The notes below the pieces were generated by a model, which saw only the letters and a list, made by a program, of their open reading frames with translations, did no database searches and had not been told where the DNA came from. A DNA stretch of 64,000 nucleotides from an uncultured cyanobacterium (GTDB lineage: Bacteria > Cyanobacteriota > Cyanobacteriia > Cyanobacteriales > CAWCAG01), in the NCBI GenBank assembly GCA_963793425.1, contig CAWCAG010000007.1, forward strand, positions 640,001 through 704,000. Direction: 5' to 3'. The position numbers and the translations under genes are program-made. Positions 21,269 through 32,372 of the stretch are shown here, in pieces. Numbering within the stretch: the first letter of the stretch is position 1; every line of letters starts with the position of its first letter.

Positions 21269-21769
21269 TCTTTATTGCATGGCTTTTCTTGGGTTTCCGG
21301 ATGAATTCCTAAAAAGACTCTACTCAAGGCTGAAATAGTAATTCTTTTGGCTAACTAAAACTATTAAGTACCAATTTATACTTTGAAGTAATTACTCTTT
21401 TTTTTAATAAGCAGGGAATAATATATTCAACATACTTTAAAGCTTTAACATCTGAGATCAACCTTTATATGTGATATAGATCGCAGCAGTAAAACCACTG
21501 ATAGCTATAAGATTGTTTTGTTGCCCAATAACAGTGGATTTTCTCATTAGTAGATTTTAATAATCACTTTAGTTATTTCCAAACAGTTAAGCAGAAAAAT
21601 TATTATTCAATATCCTTAGTTTCTATTTAACCTGACAAGGAGAAGCAAGCTATGTTTTGTAGGAAAGAATCTTAAATATAGTCAACTTTGTCAGAATTTC
21701 TCTAGTTACAAAAAGCAAGTTGAAGTCTCGAAATCATCGTTAAAATTTATTTATGCCAAGGCAAGGACA

Positions 21770-22249
21770 ATGATTCAACTCCAAGAATCACTAGCCCCAA
21801 ATCAAACTTTTATAATGCCTCGTCTTATGGGAGCTAATCTTCATAAAGCTCAACTAGAACAAGCTCGACTCATGGATGCCGATCTAATTCAAGCTAATCT
21901 AGTAGGAGCGAAACTTAATCAAGCTGTTCTTACCAGGGCAGAAATGACCGTTGCTGATTTAACAGAAGCTGATTTAACAGAAGCTAATCTCGAAGGAGCT
22001 AATCTTATTGGTGCTAATCTCCGAGGTGCTAATCTCGAAGGAGCTAATCTCATTGGTGTTAAACTTATTGGTGCTAACTTAGTAGAAGCCAATCTCACTA
22101 ATGCAGATTTACGGGGTGCAGATTTAAGCGCTACTAACCTAACAGCAACTAAAGTCAAAAATGCTCGTTTCAGAATTAACAGAGGGATAACTCCAGCAAT
22201 GAAACTTGAGTTACAACAAAGAGGAGCAATTTTTGAAGAAGCAAAATGA
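21770..22249 (+). CDS. Pentapeptide repeat protein
   Basis: Tandem A(N/D)Lxx repeats. Confidence 0.92.
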   Translation: MIQLQESLAPNQTFIMPRLMGANLHKAQLEQARLMDADLIQANLVGAKLNQAVLTRAEMTVADLTEADLTEANLEGANLIGANLRGANLEGANLIGVKLIGANLVEANLTNADLRGADLSATNLTATKVKNARFRINRGITPAMKLELQQRGAIFEEAK

Positions 22250-22280
22250 TTAAACTCTAAAAATAAAGTTTCTAGGGTTA

Positions 22281-22335
22281 GGGCAGGTTTATCTAGTTCA
22301 ATGTTAATCTCACAATTTGAGTTTTGAACCTGCCC
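22281..22335. repeat. REP-like inverted repeat
   Basis: GGGCAGGTT...AACCTGCCC. Confidence 0.5.
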
Positions 22336-22368
22336 CAAAAGATTGCTACATTCTTAGGTATATCAAGC

Positions 22369-22503
22369 TAAGCTGTCAGGTATTTAGATTGTATTGCTAG
22401 GGTAGGGGAGTAGGGAGCAGGGAGCAAGGAGCAGGGAGTAGTAAAGACATCGGGAGAAATTTGGTTAATGCCAAAAATCCCAGTTTAAATGCGTCTTAGC
22501 TTA
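22369..22503. mobile_element. MITE-like element with imperfect terminal inverted repeats and internal heptamer repeats
   Basis: TAAGCTGTCAGGTATTTAGATTG ... CAGTTTAAATGCGTCTTAGCTTA; internal AGGGAGC/T repeats. Confidence 0.6.
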
Positions 22504-22508
22504 GTACT

Positions 22509-22703
22509 CTATTCTACTGTATGCCCAACAGCAACAATCATTTGCTTAACAGATGATTCTGAAGCTTGAGTATCTACCTTAACAACTTTTTTTTCTATAT
22601 CAACATCGACTTTTGCTTCTGGTTCGTGGGTAAGAATTTCTTTGGTAATCGTTTCCGCACAGCCTTCACAAGTAATGCTGGGAACTTTTAATTGCATAGT
22701 CAT
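22509..22703 (-). CDS. Atx1/CopZ-type copper chaperone (HMA domain)
   Basis: VPSITCEGC; C-terminal GHTVE. Confidence 0.9.
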   Translation of the reverse strand: MTMQLKVPSITCEGCAETITKEILTHEPEAKVDVDIEKKVVKVDTQASESSVKQMIVAVGHTVE

Positions 22704-22850
22704 AAGTTAGATTTTAAATCAAGTTGAGGATATTTGTTTTTTGGGTGCATCCGTACAAGCTCTTTACACTTGTAGGGAGTCCCTCTATTTTTTAGTTTAC
22801 TAGAAACGAAACAAATGGTAAATGCCCAAGGTGGTACATAATTAATTATC

Positions 22851-23096
22851 TCACCACTTCAGCACAGCCGCCTCCTTACCCTCTTCACGACGTACTTTGC
22901 TATCTCTTTCAAACCAATCTATTAGTTGCTGATGAGTAATTTCTTCAAGGGGGACATTTATGTCTTGAGAAATAATCTTCAATAATCTTAGGGAAGAAAT
23001 TGTTAGTCGTGTCAGAAATTTTTCTGGGGTAGATAATAAGGCTTTGTCTACGTCAGCAGATTCTGAAGTGGTGAGAAATTGTTCTGTTTGGTTCAT
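22851..23096 (-). CDS. Conserved cyanobacterial hypothetical protein
   Basis: 81 aa, EKFLTRLTISSLRLL...WFERDSK..RE.G. Confidence 0.7.
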   Translation of the reverse strand: MNQTEQFLTTSESADVDKALLSTPEKFLTRLTISSLRLLKIISQDINVPLEEITHQQLIDWFERDSKVRREEGKEAAVLKW

Positions 23097-23165
23097 GAAT
23101 ATTGCTATGCTAATTGCTAATTGCTAGTTGCTGGTTGCTAGCTATTTTCTCATTATTATTCCGCA

Positions 23166-24818
23166 TTATTTGTTATTTTGCTGAGATAACCATAAAGATA
23201 AACTGTCAGACAACTTAGCTAGAGAACTAACTATTTCTGGAGATATTTCTATGGGTAAACTACCACTAAGGAAGTTTAAATCTCTTTGGTCTATCGGGAT
23301 TTTAATCTGATTTTGACGAAGTGCTTCTTCAATGAGAAAATACATATCACTTTTAATATCAAACTGTTTATCCGGTTCTTCAATCCAAAGTAATAACTTA
23401 AATACTAAAGCATTTTCTCCGAAACCTTCAAACCAAACTTTAGGTTTTGGCTCTTTAAGTACATCCTGATGTTGAGTAGCAACTTGGAGTAGTAAAGATT
23501 GTACTAAACTAACATTAGAATCTTCTGCTACTTCCACAGGAATTTGTAAGCGAGAAGTTGGGTTGCCATGATTCCAGTTGACTACTTCTTCTTCGAGAAA
23601 GCGAGAATTAGGAATAATAACGCTAACTCTATCTGGGGTGATAATTTCTGTACTGCGGACGCTAATTCTTTCTACAGTACCAACTAATTCTCCTACTTTA
23701 ACAAACTCTCCTACTTGAATAGGACGCTCGAAAATAAGCACTAAACCGCTAACAAACTCCTTAGCAATTCCTTGAATACCTAAGCCAACACCTACTCCTA
23801 AAACCCCGGCAAAAACGGTTAAAGAACTTAAATCAAGTCCCCATAATTGCAGCAGGACAACAGTACCAATAAAAATAAAGGTATAGTTGGCAATAATTAT
23901 AATAGTTTCTTGAGCAGAACGACTCAAACCAGTAAAAGATAAAACCCGCGATCGCAAGATGGTTTTAATAGTTCTCGCAGTGAAGATTAAACCAATAAAT
24001 AAACCAATGAGAATAAAGAAGTCGAGAATAGAATAGGCTTTATCTCCGAGGGGGAAAATATCAGAGGTTAAGCTATTAATGAAAACGTTAACTAAGTCTA
24101 GGCTAAAATAAGTAAAACTGCTCCGTCCTTGACGAGTTTGTGGGAAGAGTCCGCTAATATAAATTAAGGCAACCAGCCAAATTATAGCTCGTATGAAGTT
24201 TAAGAAAGTAGTAGCGATAACTTCTATACTTTGCCTTGTTGAAGAAACACTTGATTCTTGGTTTACTGTGGAACCTCTCCATAACCACGGTTTAATTTTA
24301 CGTGACCAAAACCAGCCAATTATCCAACTTAAGAATATAGCTAAACTCAACACCAAAGCTAAGATAAAGGATGCTCTTGTCAGATATTTGGTTGTCCTTT
24401 CTTCTTGAAAACGTTGAATATTTTCTTCTAATTGCTTTGCCCAATTTTCTGCTTGTTCTAAGGTTGTTCTTCCCGGAGGTACGTCTGTTTCTGTTACAGA
24501 TAATAAATGCTCACGATTAATTCTAATTGCAGGTAAATCTTCACTACTATCAATATTCACTCTAACAACAGTAGTACTAGTAATATCTTTTAGATTGTCT
24601 TTTAAAATAAGATTAATATCTTCCGCTCTTTTTTGTGCCGTCATTTCTTCTGAAGGGCCAATTTCAAAGACTTTTTGTCCATTTAAAATAATAGGGGCGC
24701 TACTTTGTTCTTCTTGTAAAACAGGAGAAATCGAAATCACATAACCGAGGGCGATCGCAATAATTATAATGCGAACAATCTGAATTAAAAAGAATTTAAA
24801 GCGAGAGTAAGTTCTCAT
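23166..24818 (-). CDS. MscS family mechanosensitive channel
   Basis: GVGLGIQGIAKEFVSGLVLIFERPIQVG, IPNS, VVNW. Confidence 0.92.
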   Translation of the reverse strand: MRTYSRFKFFLIQIVRIIIIAIALGYVISISPVLQEEQSSAPIILNGQKVFEIGPSEEMTAQKRAEDINLILKDNLKDITSTTVVRVNIDSSEDLPAIRINREHLLSVTETDVPPGRTTLEQAENWAKQLEENIQRFQEERTTKYLTRASFILALVLSLAIFLSWIIGWFWSRKIKPWLWRGSTVNQESSVSSTRQSIEVIATTFLNFIRAIIWLVALIYISGLFPQTRQGRSSFTYFSLDLVNVFINSLTSDIFPLGDKAYSILDFFILIGLFIGLIFTARTIKTILRSRVLSFTGLSRSAQETIIIIANYTFIFIGTVVLLQLWGLDLSSLTVFAGVLGVGVGLGIQGIAKEFVSGLVLIFERPIQVGEFVKVGELVGTVERISVRSTEIITPDRVSVIIPNSRFLEEEVVNWNHGNPTSRLQIPVEVAEDSNVSLVQSLLLQVATQHQDVLKEPKPKVWFEGFGENALVFKLLLWIEEPDKQFDIKSDMYFLIEEALRQNQIKIPIDQRDLNFLSGSLPIEISPEIVSSLAKLSDSLSLWLSQQNNK

Positions 24819-24845
24819 ATAAATTTCTTTGTTTAGTACTCAAGA

Positions 24846-25285
24846 CTAATTGATGAAAATATGCCAAATAATAGGACCACAGAGAAAAAACATCACTAAA
24901 ATACCAAGGAGATAAATTAGATTTCGTAGTGGCTGAATTGAGCGAATATAAGCTACTGCATGAACAACACAAGAAAAGAAAAATAAAGGGAAATAAATTA
25001 ATGTTCCTGTTTCCCAACAATCAAGCTGTACATAAGTCATGCTAAAAACAAGAAAATCGGAATATTTTCTCCATCATTACGAAGAATATTTTGAGCGCGA
25101 CGGACAATATCATTTTCTTTTACATCCACATCTTTTTTTCCTACAATTCTCTCAGCAAGCACTAAATCTTCTGGGTTAGAAAAGCTGTTAGACTTAAACC
25201 TGCCATATGCTTGAATTAGAATTGTGACAAACATTTTCACAAATAAAGCAACAACTGTTAAGCCATAAATTTCCCAGGTATTCAT
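24846..25285 (-). pseudogene. MAPEG family protein, split by a 1-bp deletion near 25040
   Basis: RRAQNILRNDGENIPIFL motif; GCA TGA becomes GCA ATG with one extra A, fusing 25037..25285 and 24846..25040. Confidence 0.75.
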
Positions 25286-25322
25286 AAGTACAAATATCTA
25301 ATCCTAAAAAATCACCACTTTC

Positions 25323-26336
25323 TTACTTTCGTAAAAGACCACTTAGTAAAGAAGTAGGAGGCTGACTATGAGGCCAAGCAAAACCATGACGAAAAGCAGC
25401 ATCTTGACAGGCTTGTAATTGAGAAAAACCAATTACATCTTGAGTAAGCAGATTCTCATATTCAAAAGGCAAACGGACATTATGTAACCCCGCATTGTCA
25501 GTACAAATAGCAATATCAACTCCTGCTTCAAAACAGCGCTCAAAAACTATTTTAAGCTGAGACAAATCCTCTAATGTTCCTGTTTTTAAATAAGTAGTTG
25601 GGCAAACTTCTAAACATTGCTTTCTTTCTACTAAATCTGGTAATAATTCTGGATATTTAAGAGGGATTTGAATACCATGACCAATACGCATTAAATAGGG
25701 TAATAATTCTGGATAACAACCATCTTTTGTTTCATAAAGATGTCCTGTGGTTTTAATATTTAGCGATCGCGCATATTTGTATAAGCCCACAAACTCTGTC
25801 AAACGTTCGCCAATATGACTATCTCCCCCCGCCATATCCACAGCACAAACGTACTCTTTTGCCGTCGCTGCTAAATCGACAATTGCTTTATTAACCTCAT
25901 AAGGAAGCCGGGAGTGGGTACAAAGAATCTGGCTAATAATAATCGGAAACTCTTTAACTTGACTGGCTAAACCGACAATTTTCACAATCTTAGCCATCTG
26001 TTCAATACGTTCTGTTTGGGTCAATCTTTCATCTGTTCTTAAATAAGGGGTATAACGTAACTCCAAATAAGCCAAATTTTCAAAGATATAAGCACCTCGA
26101 ATTAACCGATAAATAAAGTAAGGTAAAGTCTCGGCGGTTTGGACACTTTCAACTAAAGTATGTAACTCTAAATATTCTTCTAAAGTATTACGAGGTCTGG
26201 TATAAAATCCCTCAAATTCCGGATAATCTGGAAATCTTTCCCTCATAACTTGATGATGACGTTGAAAATAGCGCCAGAGAATGCGCGGTACAACGGAACC
26301 ACCTAAATGACGATGTAAATCTGCGTATAGAGCCAC
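25323..26336 (-). CDS. Adenosine deaminase family protein
   Basis: DLHRHLGGS, ELRYTP, RIGHG, EVCPT, TDN. Confidence 0.9.
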   Translation of the reverse strand: MALYADLHRHLGGSVVPRILWRYFQRHHQVMRERFPDYPEFEGFYTRPRNTLEEYLELHTLVESVQTAETLPYFIYRLIRGAYIFENLAYLELRYTPYLRTDERLTQTERIEQMAKIVKIVGLASQVKEFPIIISQILCTHSRLPYEVNKAIVDLAATAKEYVCAVDMAGGDSHIGERLTEFVGLYKYARSLNIKTTGHLYETKDGCYPELLPYLMRIGHGIQIPLKYPELLPDLVERKQCLEVCPTTYLKTGTLEDLSQLKIVFERCFEAGVDIAICTDNAGLHNVRLPFEYENLLTQDVIGFSQLQACQDAAFRHGFAWPHSQPPTSLLSGLLRK

Positions 26337-26433
26337 CCTAATTAACCTCCTTGTTATCTCAACAATCTCTTCTCTTTGTAAGTTGACACCGTAGACAAAA
26401 GATGTTGATAATAGTCGTTTGTGGAAACTTTAG

Positions 26434-27786
<1,353 letters not shown>

Positions 27787-27842
27787 CGCTTAATCATTGA
27801 TAAACTAATAAATTTGTAAACATCAAACTCTCATAAATTATT

Positions 27843-28472
27843 ATGCCTGTAACAGTTGAATGTCAAAAAAGAGCCGAAGGTAGCAAACCCAGGGCTTTAC
27901 GTCGAGAAGGACTTATTCCCGCAACCTTATATGGCCATGAAGGCGTTGAGTCAATGATGTTGACTCTCAAAGCTAAAGATGCCCAAAACTTACTTAAAGA
28001 AGCTTCTCTTAACAATACCTTAGTGGATGTTAAAGTTCCTGACCTTTCTTGGCAAGGTAAAGCCCTGATTAGAGAAATACAAACTCATCCTTGGAAAAGA
28101 ACTCTGTATCATCTTAGTTTCTTTTCTGTAGCTTCCCAAGCTACTATTGATGTAGTAATTCCCATCAACTTAGTAGGAGAAGCCGTAGGGCAAAAAGCGG
28201 GTGGTATTGTTGAGCAACAAATGAACGAATTGCAACTACAATGTAAACCAGATAGTATCCCCGAAGATATTGAAGTAGATATTTCTGATTTGGAAATTGG
28301 TTCTACTTTATTAGTTCAGGATTTAAAAGTTCCAGAAGGTGTTACAGTTGCCGCAGAACCTGATACTACGGTTTTAACTTTGGTAGCACCTAGAAGTTTA
28401 ACTAGCTTAGAAGAAGAAACCGCGACTGAAGAAGAAGTGACGGATGTTATTTCTGAAGCTATGGGAGAGTAG
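27843..28472 (+). CDS. rplY: 50S ribosomal protein L25/Ctc
   Basis: ALRREGLIPATLYG, REIQTHP; C-terminal beta domain. Confidence 0.95.
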   Translation: MPVTVECQKRAEGSKPRALRREGLIPATLYGHEGVESMMLTLKAKDAQNLLKEASLNNTLVDVKVPDLSWQGKALIREIQTHPWKRTLYHLSFFSVASQATIDVVIPINLVGEAVGQKAGGIVEQQMNELQLQCKPDSIPEDIEVDISDLEIGSTLLVQDLKVPEGVTVAAEPDTTVLTLVAPRSLTSLEEETATEEEVTDVISEAMGE

Positions 28473-28517
28473 GTAATGGGTAATAGGTAATAGGCAATAG
28501 GTAGACAAACTTATTGC

Positions 28518-30881
28518 TTATTGCCTTTTTTCTAAAGGAACTAAACCAGTTTTTTCTATTAAATCTTGTGCTTCTTTGGTTTTAAGAATCGCTGCAAATT
28601 TTTCTCCTACTGCTTCTCTACTATTATCTCTGGGATAAATAACTGCTAGGGCATAAGCTAAAGGATACTCTTGATTAGCTATCTGTTCGGCGTTAGGTGC
28701 ATAACTACCTTTTTGATCGCATAAATCTGTCTGAGGAGTTACAGGTTGGTTATTTCTTTTCTTTAAGGGAGAAACTGTTACTTCTTGACCAGATTTTAAA
28801 GCTAAAGGATAAACGCTACATTGCCCCACCACCTTGCTAATGGGGGCAAAACCAATGCTTCCGGTAGCTGTCTTTTCAAAATCCCCATAAACATTTCTCA
28901 GCATTTCAAAGGTTTGTAGGGGAATAATCTCTGGGTTACTAGCGAAGGAACGGCGTTGGTTTTTCGACTTAATTAAATCTCGGAATTGAGAAATAGCTTG
29001 AGGGGTTTTGAGTACCTGTTTTTCAAAAATCTCCCTAGCTTCTTTTTCTAAAGGTATGTAGAGTTTTACCGGCAAAGAAGGAAAGCGAGAATCTAATTCT
29101 TTCCAACTACTAATTTTACCTGTATAAAGTTGCTGTAATTGTTCAAAGGTAATACTTCCTTGCAAAGCTTGGGGGAGGCTATTTTCTCTTTGGGCAGAAC
29201 TAAAAGCAACAAAAAAGACTAAGCCATCATAGGCAATAGTTTCGCCGTGTAAATCAGCATCAACAGAACTAGTCACACTAGCGATCATAAAATCAACTTC
29301 TCCCTCCCGCAGTTTTTCTTCCATTGCCGCTTGGACTTGGGGGTTAGAAGGTTCGGGGCGATATAACCAGTCTAACTTAGGTTGCTTTTCTTCAATTTCT
29401 TGTTTTAAAGTTCTGTCTCTAAGAATAAGGTTAATGGTAGTAAAAGCATAATCCCAGGAACTATTTTGTTCTGCTGTATAAACAAAGTCACCAGGGGTTA
29501 CTCCTTTAATATTTTCAATACAACAGATTTGTGGTTTATCAAGGGCCGCAACTTGTCCCTTACCACGACCAAAAATTAACCATAAAAGAATACCAAAAAG
29601 TAATAAACCTCCGGTTAAACCAAGTAATTGTAATAATATTCTTCCTAACTTTTTTTTCTGCTTCTCTTCTGCTTCTTTGTCGGCAATGTCCTGAAATTCC
29701 ACAACAGGAAGTGGTTCGTCTAAAGGTATGCGTAGCAGTTGTTTCCGGGCAGCCTCCGCACTATCAAAAGGTACTGCCCCAATCCCCATCAAGCGGAGGA
29801 TAAAATGCTTCAAATCCGGTCTGACAAAAGGCCAATGTGGTTCAAATCTGGGGTCGAGGGTTTTTCCTGAAATAGCTAAATTCCAAGCTAGACATTGATA
29901 GGCGACATAACCTAAATCTGCTAAATCCTGAACTTGTGTAGAAGTAGGGGCAGAATTTAAGGGAGGATAAAAACGATCTTCCCACAGAGAAAAGTCGCAT
30001 AGATAAACATAAAATCCCTGAAAATTGGGTGCAATCAACAAACTATTAAGATTAAGATTGCCGTGGGCAATATCTTGCTGTACCTTCCCGGAAGGAAGGC
30101 GAAACTTCTGGCTATGTAAACACTCAAGGCTTTGTAAAACCTGATTAAGCAACTGATATACTTGCCTATCACTCATCGCCCCATTGAGGTGCAAATAATT
30201 AACTAAGCTAGGGTAAACATCTAAATTGCTGGGGGTAACTAAATAACAACGAGGTTGATGAAAATCTGCGATCGCCTCTATAGGAGTAATGAGACGATAA
30301 TCATGGAGTCGATTATCAACTAAATCTATCCCAGCCAGACTTTGAAAGGAGTCTTTACGGGCTTTTGCTTCAGGTAGGTTAAAATATTCTTCTGGCAACA
30401 AGTATTCCTTAACCACAAAAGTCTGACCATCAGGTACACGAGTTGCTGAGTAAAGACGACCCATACCGCGATGATTAAGGAACTGTTCTATTTGATAAGT
30501 ACCACGAATGCCCCTAATTTGGCTTTCTGGAGGTAAGGTGGCTTGTAAGCTAGCTTGAGGATAAATTTGGTCAATTTTCTGTGCGACAGAGAAAGCTTGT
30601 AAGGCTTCTGCTTCTGTTAAAAGTTCTTCTGTTTCTGTCTCTAAACCTTTTTTCCTAAACCTAGCCGGGAGTCTAGCCCGTAGTTTTTCCCAACCAGGAA
30701 TCCTCACTTGCTGCAAGTTTTCCTGTACCACAGGAACAATCCAACGCAACCTGGTGGGGATAAAGCGGGAAGTTAAGTTAGAAGCCGTTGCTTTTTGAGA
30801 AAAAACAATTCTACTAGTTACTCGACTAGCTTCCCTTCTCGCTATTTCTCGCCCAACACTCTTACCAACGTTTTTAACCAC
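28518..30881 (-). CDS. Membrane protein: degenerate Ser/Thr kinase domain + TM + PstS-like binding domain
   Basis: RGMGRLY, VVKEY, HGNLN, CDFS; TM helix; IAYDGL, YPL motifs. Confidence 0.75.
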   Translation of the reverse strand: MVKNVGKSVGREIARREASRVTSRIVFSQKATASNLTSRFIPTRLRWIVPVVQENLQQVRIPGWEKLRARLPARFRKKGLETETEELLTEAEALQAFSVAQKIDQIYPQASLQATLPPESQIRGIRGTYQIEQFLNHRGMGRLYSATRVPDGQTFVVKEYLLPEEYFNLPEAKARKDSFQSLAGIDLVDNRLHDYRLITPIEAIADFHQPRCYLVTPSNLDVYPSLVNYLHLNGAMSDRQVYQLLNQVLQSLECLHSQKFRLPSGKVQQDIAHGNLNLNSLLIAPNFQGFYVYLCDFSLWEDRFYPPLNSAPTSTQVQDLADLGYVAYQCLAWNLAISGKTLDPRFEPHWPFVRPDLKHFILRLMGIGAVPFDSAEAARKQLLRIPLDEPLPVVEFQDIADKEAEEKQKKKLGRILLQLLGLTGGLLLFGILLWLIFGRGKGQVAALDKPQICCIENIKGVTPGDFVYTAEQNSSWDYAFTTINLILRDRTLKQEIEEKQPKLDWLYRPEPSNPQVQAAMEEKLREGEVDFMIASVTSSVDADLHGETIAYDGLVFFVAFSSAQRENSLPQALQGSITFEQLQQLYTGKISSWKELDSRFPSLPVKLYIPLEKEAREIFEKQVLKTPQAISQFRDLIKSKNQRRSFASNPEIIPLQTFEMLRNVYGDFEKTATGSIGFAPISKVVGQCSVYPLALKSGQEVTVSPLKKRNNQPVTPQTDLCDQKGSYAPNAEQIANQEYPLAYALAVIYPRDNSREAVGEKFAAILKTKEAQDLIEKTGLVPLEKRQ

Positions 30882-31057
30882 GGGTTTTCATTTAACATTT
30901 ATCATTTATCAAAGATGCAGTGCCTCAATTAAAGGCAAGACGTAGCATTTCTCACTCGTGAAATTTCAATAACTCTCTTAAGTTATTACTTATTACTTAC
31001 CCTATCACCTGTGTTAGTTTAACTTTAAAAGTAAAGTTATCAAGAGGAATTGCTCAG

Positions 31058-31267
31058 ATGGCCAGAGAACAAGTTGTGAAATTATTTCGCGATACCCAAG
31101 CAGATCCAACCCTCAAAGAAAAATTGAACCAGGCCCCTAACCCAGAGAAGTTTGTCGAAATGGCAAGTCAACTGGGTTATGACTTTACCGTAGAAGAATG
31201 GCAAGAAGTAACAGGTTTCCAAGTTGAAGAATTAGAAAGTAAACTCTCAGAAATTCCTGGTATTTAA
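31058..31267 (+). CDS. Nif11-like leader peptide family protein
   Basis: DPTLKEKL...FVEMASQLGYDFTVEE. Confidence 0.85.
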   Translation: MAREQVVKLFRDTQADPTLKEKLNQAPNPEKFVEMASQLGYDFTVEEWQEVTGFQVEELESKLSEIPGI

Positions 31268-31359
31268 TAAACTCCTAAAAGATTTGGCGGTAAGGGTTTT
31301 TGGAGGGGGACAATTCAACTAAATCACCCTCTCCCTACTCCTTTTTTCAGACTTTAATT

Positions 31360-32190
31360 TTAATCCTCAGCTTTAACAGCACCACCATTTTGTTGAACAA
31401 CATGGGTTAATTCATGGGCAATTAATTCCTGTCCATCTTTGCTGCTAGGATCGTAAGCCCCTTGGCGGAAGAAAACATCTTGTCCTGTGGTGAAAGCCCG
31501 TGCTTGAATTGACTGATTAAGCTGATCTGATTGACTATCGGTATGGACGTTAACGCCACTAAAATCTGCCCCAAAAGACTCTTCCATTGAGCCGCGAATG
31601 TTATCGCTTAAGGGTTGTCCATTGCCTCGTGATTGTTCAATAGAAGATTCTATATCTTCTCCTGCGGGTGTTCCTCCCCCTCCTGGTTGGCGTTGAAGAG
31701 TAGATTCTGGTTTCATTTGAACTTCTTCCTCTTCTTCAGGTAAAGCTTCTCTTTGAATGCTAGATTCTGGTTTCATTTGAACTTCTTCCTCTTCTTCAGG
31801 TAAAGCTTCCCGTTGAATGCTAGATTCTGGCTTCATCTGAAGTTCTTCCTCTTCGGGTAAAGCATCTCGTTGTACAGAAGCATTTTGTCCAGGAGAATTA
31901 ATCTGCTTAACTACTTGTGCTGCGGTAGCGTCTGCTTCTTGTTCATATTTATCTCCCACCTCACCAATAGTCAGCTTCGTTTGAATTGGTTGGGCTGGGG
32001 CAGACTGAGAAAAATCAACCATATGATCTCCTAGGCGCTCTGCATTTGCCCTAGCAATTTCCATCTCTTCTAAAGATAGTCCTTGAGGTTTAGCTTGAGC
32101 AACATCAGGAAGAGAGTTGAGCTTTTTTTGTACAGGCTTAACAGCAGACTTAGAAGACTTTTTTTGGTGGAGGTGAGTTCGGGTACGCAT
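31360..32190 (-). CDS. DUF4157 (eCIS core) protein A: leader + three QR repeats, no C-terminal tip
   Basis: IQTKLTIGEVGDKYEQEAD; FGADFSGVNVHTD, ARAFTTGQDVFF, LIAHELTHVVQQ. Confidence 0.9.
   Translation of the reverse strand: MRTRTHLHQKKSSKSAVKPVQKKLNSLPDVAQAKPQGLSLEEMEIARANAERLGDHMVDFSQSAPAQPIQTKLTIGEVGDKYEQEADATAAQVVKQINSPGQNASVQRDALPEEEELQMKPESSIQREALPEEEEEVQMKPESSIQREALPEEEEEVQMKPESTLQRQPGGGGTPAGEDIESSIEQSRGNGQPLSDNIRGSMEESFGADFSGVNVHTDSQSDQLNQSIQARAFTTGQDVFFRQGAYDPSSKDGQELIAHELTHVVQQNGGAVKAED
31692..31872 (-). repeat. Three approx. 60-bp intragenic tandem repeats (QREALPEEEEEVQMKPESSI)
   Basis: Near-identical DNA repeats read directly. Confidence 0.9.
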
Positions 32191-32372
32191 AGCTAACCTC
32201 TGATTCTTAACCTTAAATTTAATTAATTATAATTGTGCCATCTTTGTCTACTTTAGTTCATTACCTAGAAGTCGAGTTGTTTGGTTATTAGTTATTAATA
32301 TCAGAAGTGCCAATAATTTGCCTGATGAGAAGGAAAGTAGTTTACAGCTAAAGAAGAGATAGGCGATCGCAC
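32191..32372 (-). promoter_or_regulatory. Repeated promoter/5' UTR of DUF4157 cassettes, copy A (ends at HIP1 32363-32370)
   Basis: Homologous to 35424-35625, 38006-38093, 39152-39260, 39259-39317 and 48201-48251; AATGAACTAAAGTAGA...TATAAT...GAGG-TTAGCT-ATG. Confidence 0.8.

Noticed and set aside
21102..21301. Possible mini-CRISPR array
   Set aside because: Only two diverged units, each with promoter and terminator features, no cas genes; better explained as sRNA genes.
21919..22338. 139-aa minus-strand ORF
   Set aside because: Antisense shadow of the pentapeptide repeat gene.
31692..31872. 60-bp repeats as CRISPR or non-coding repeat
   Set aside because: In-frame coding repeats without unique spacers.
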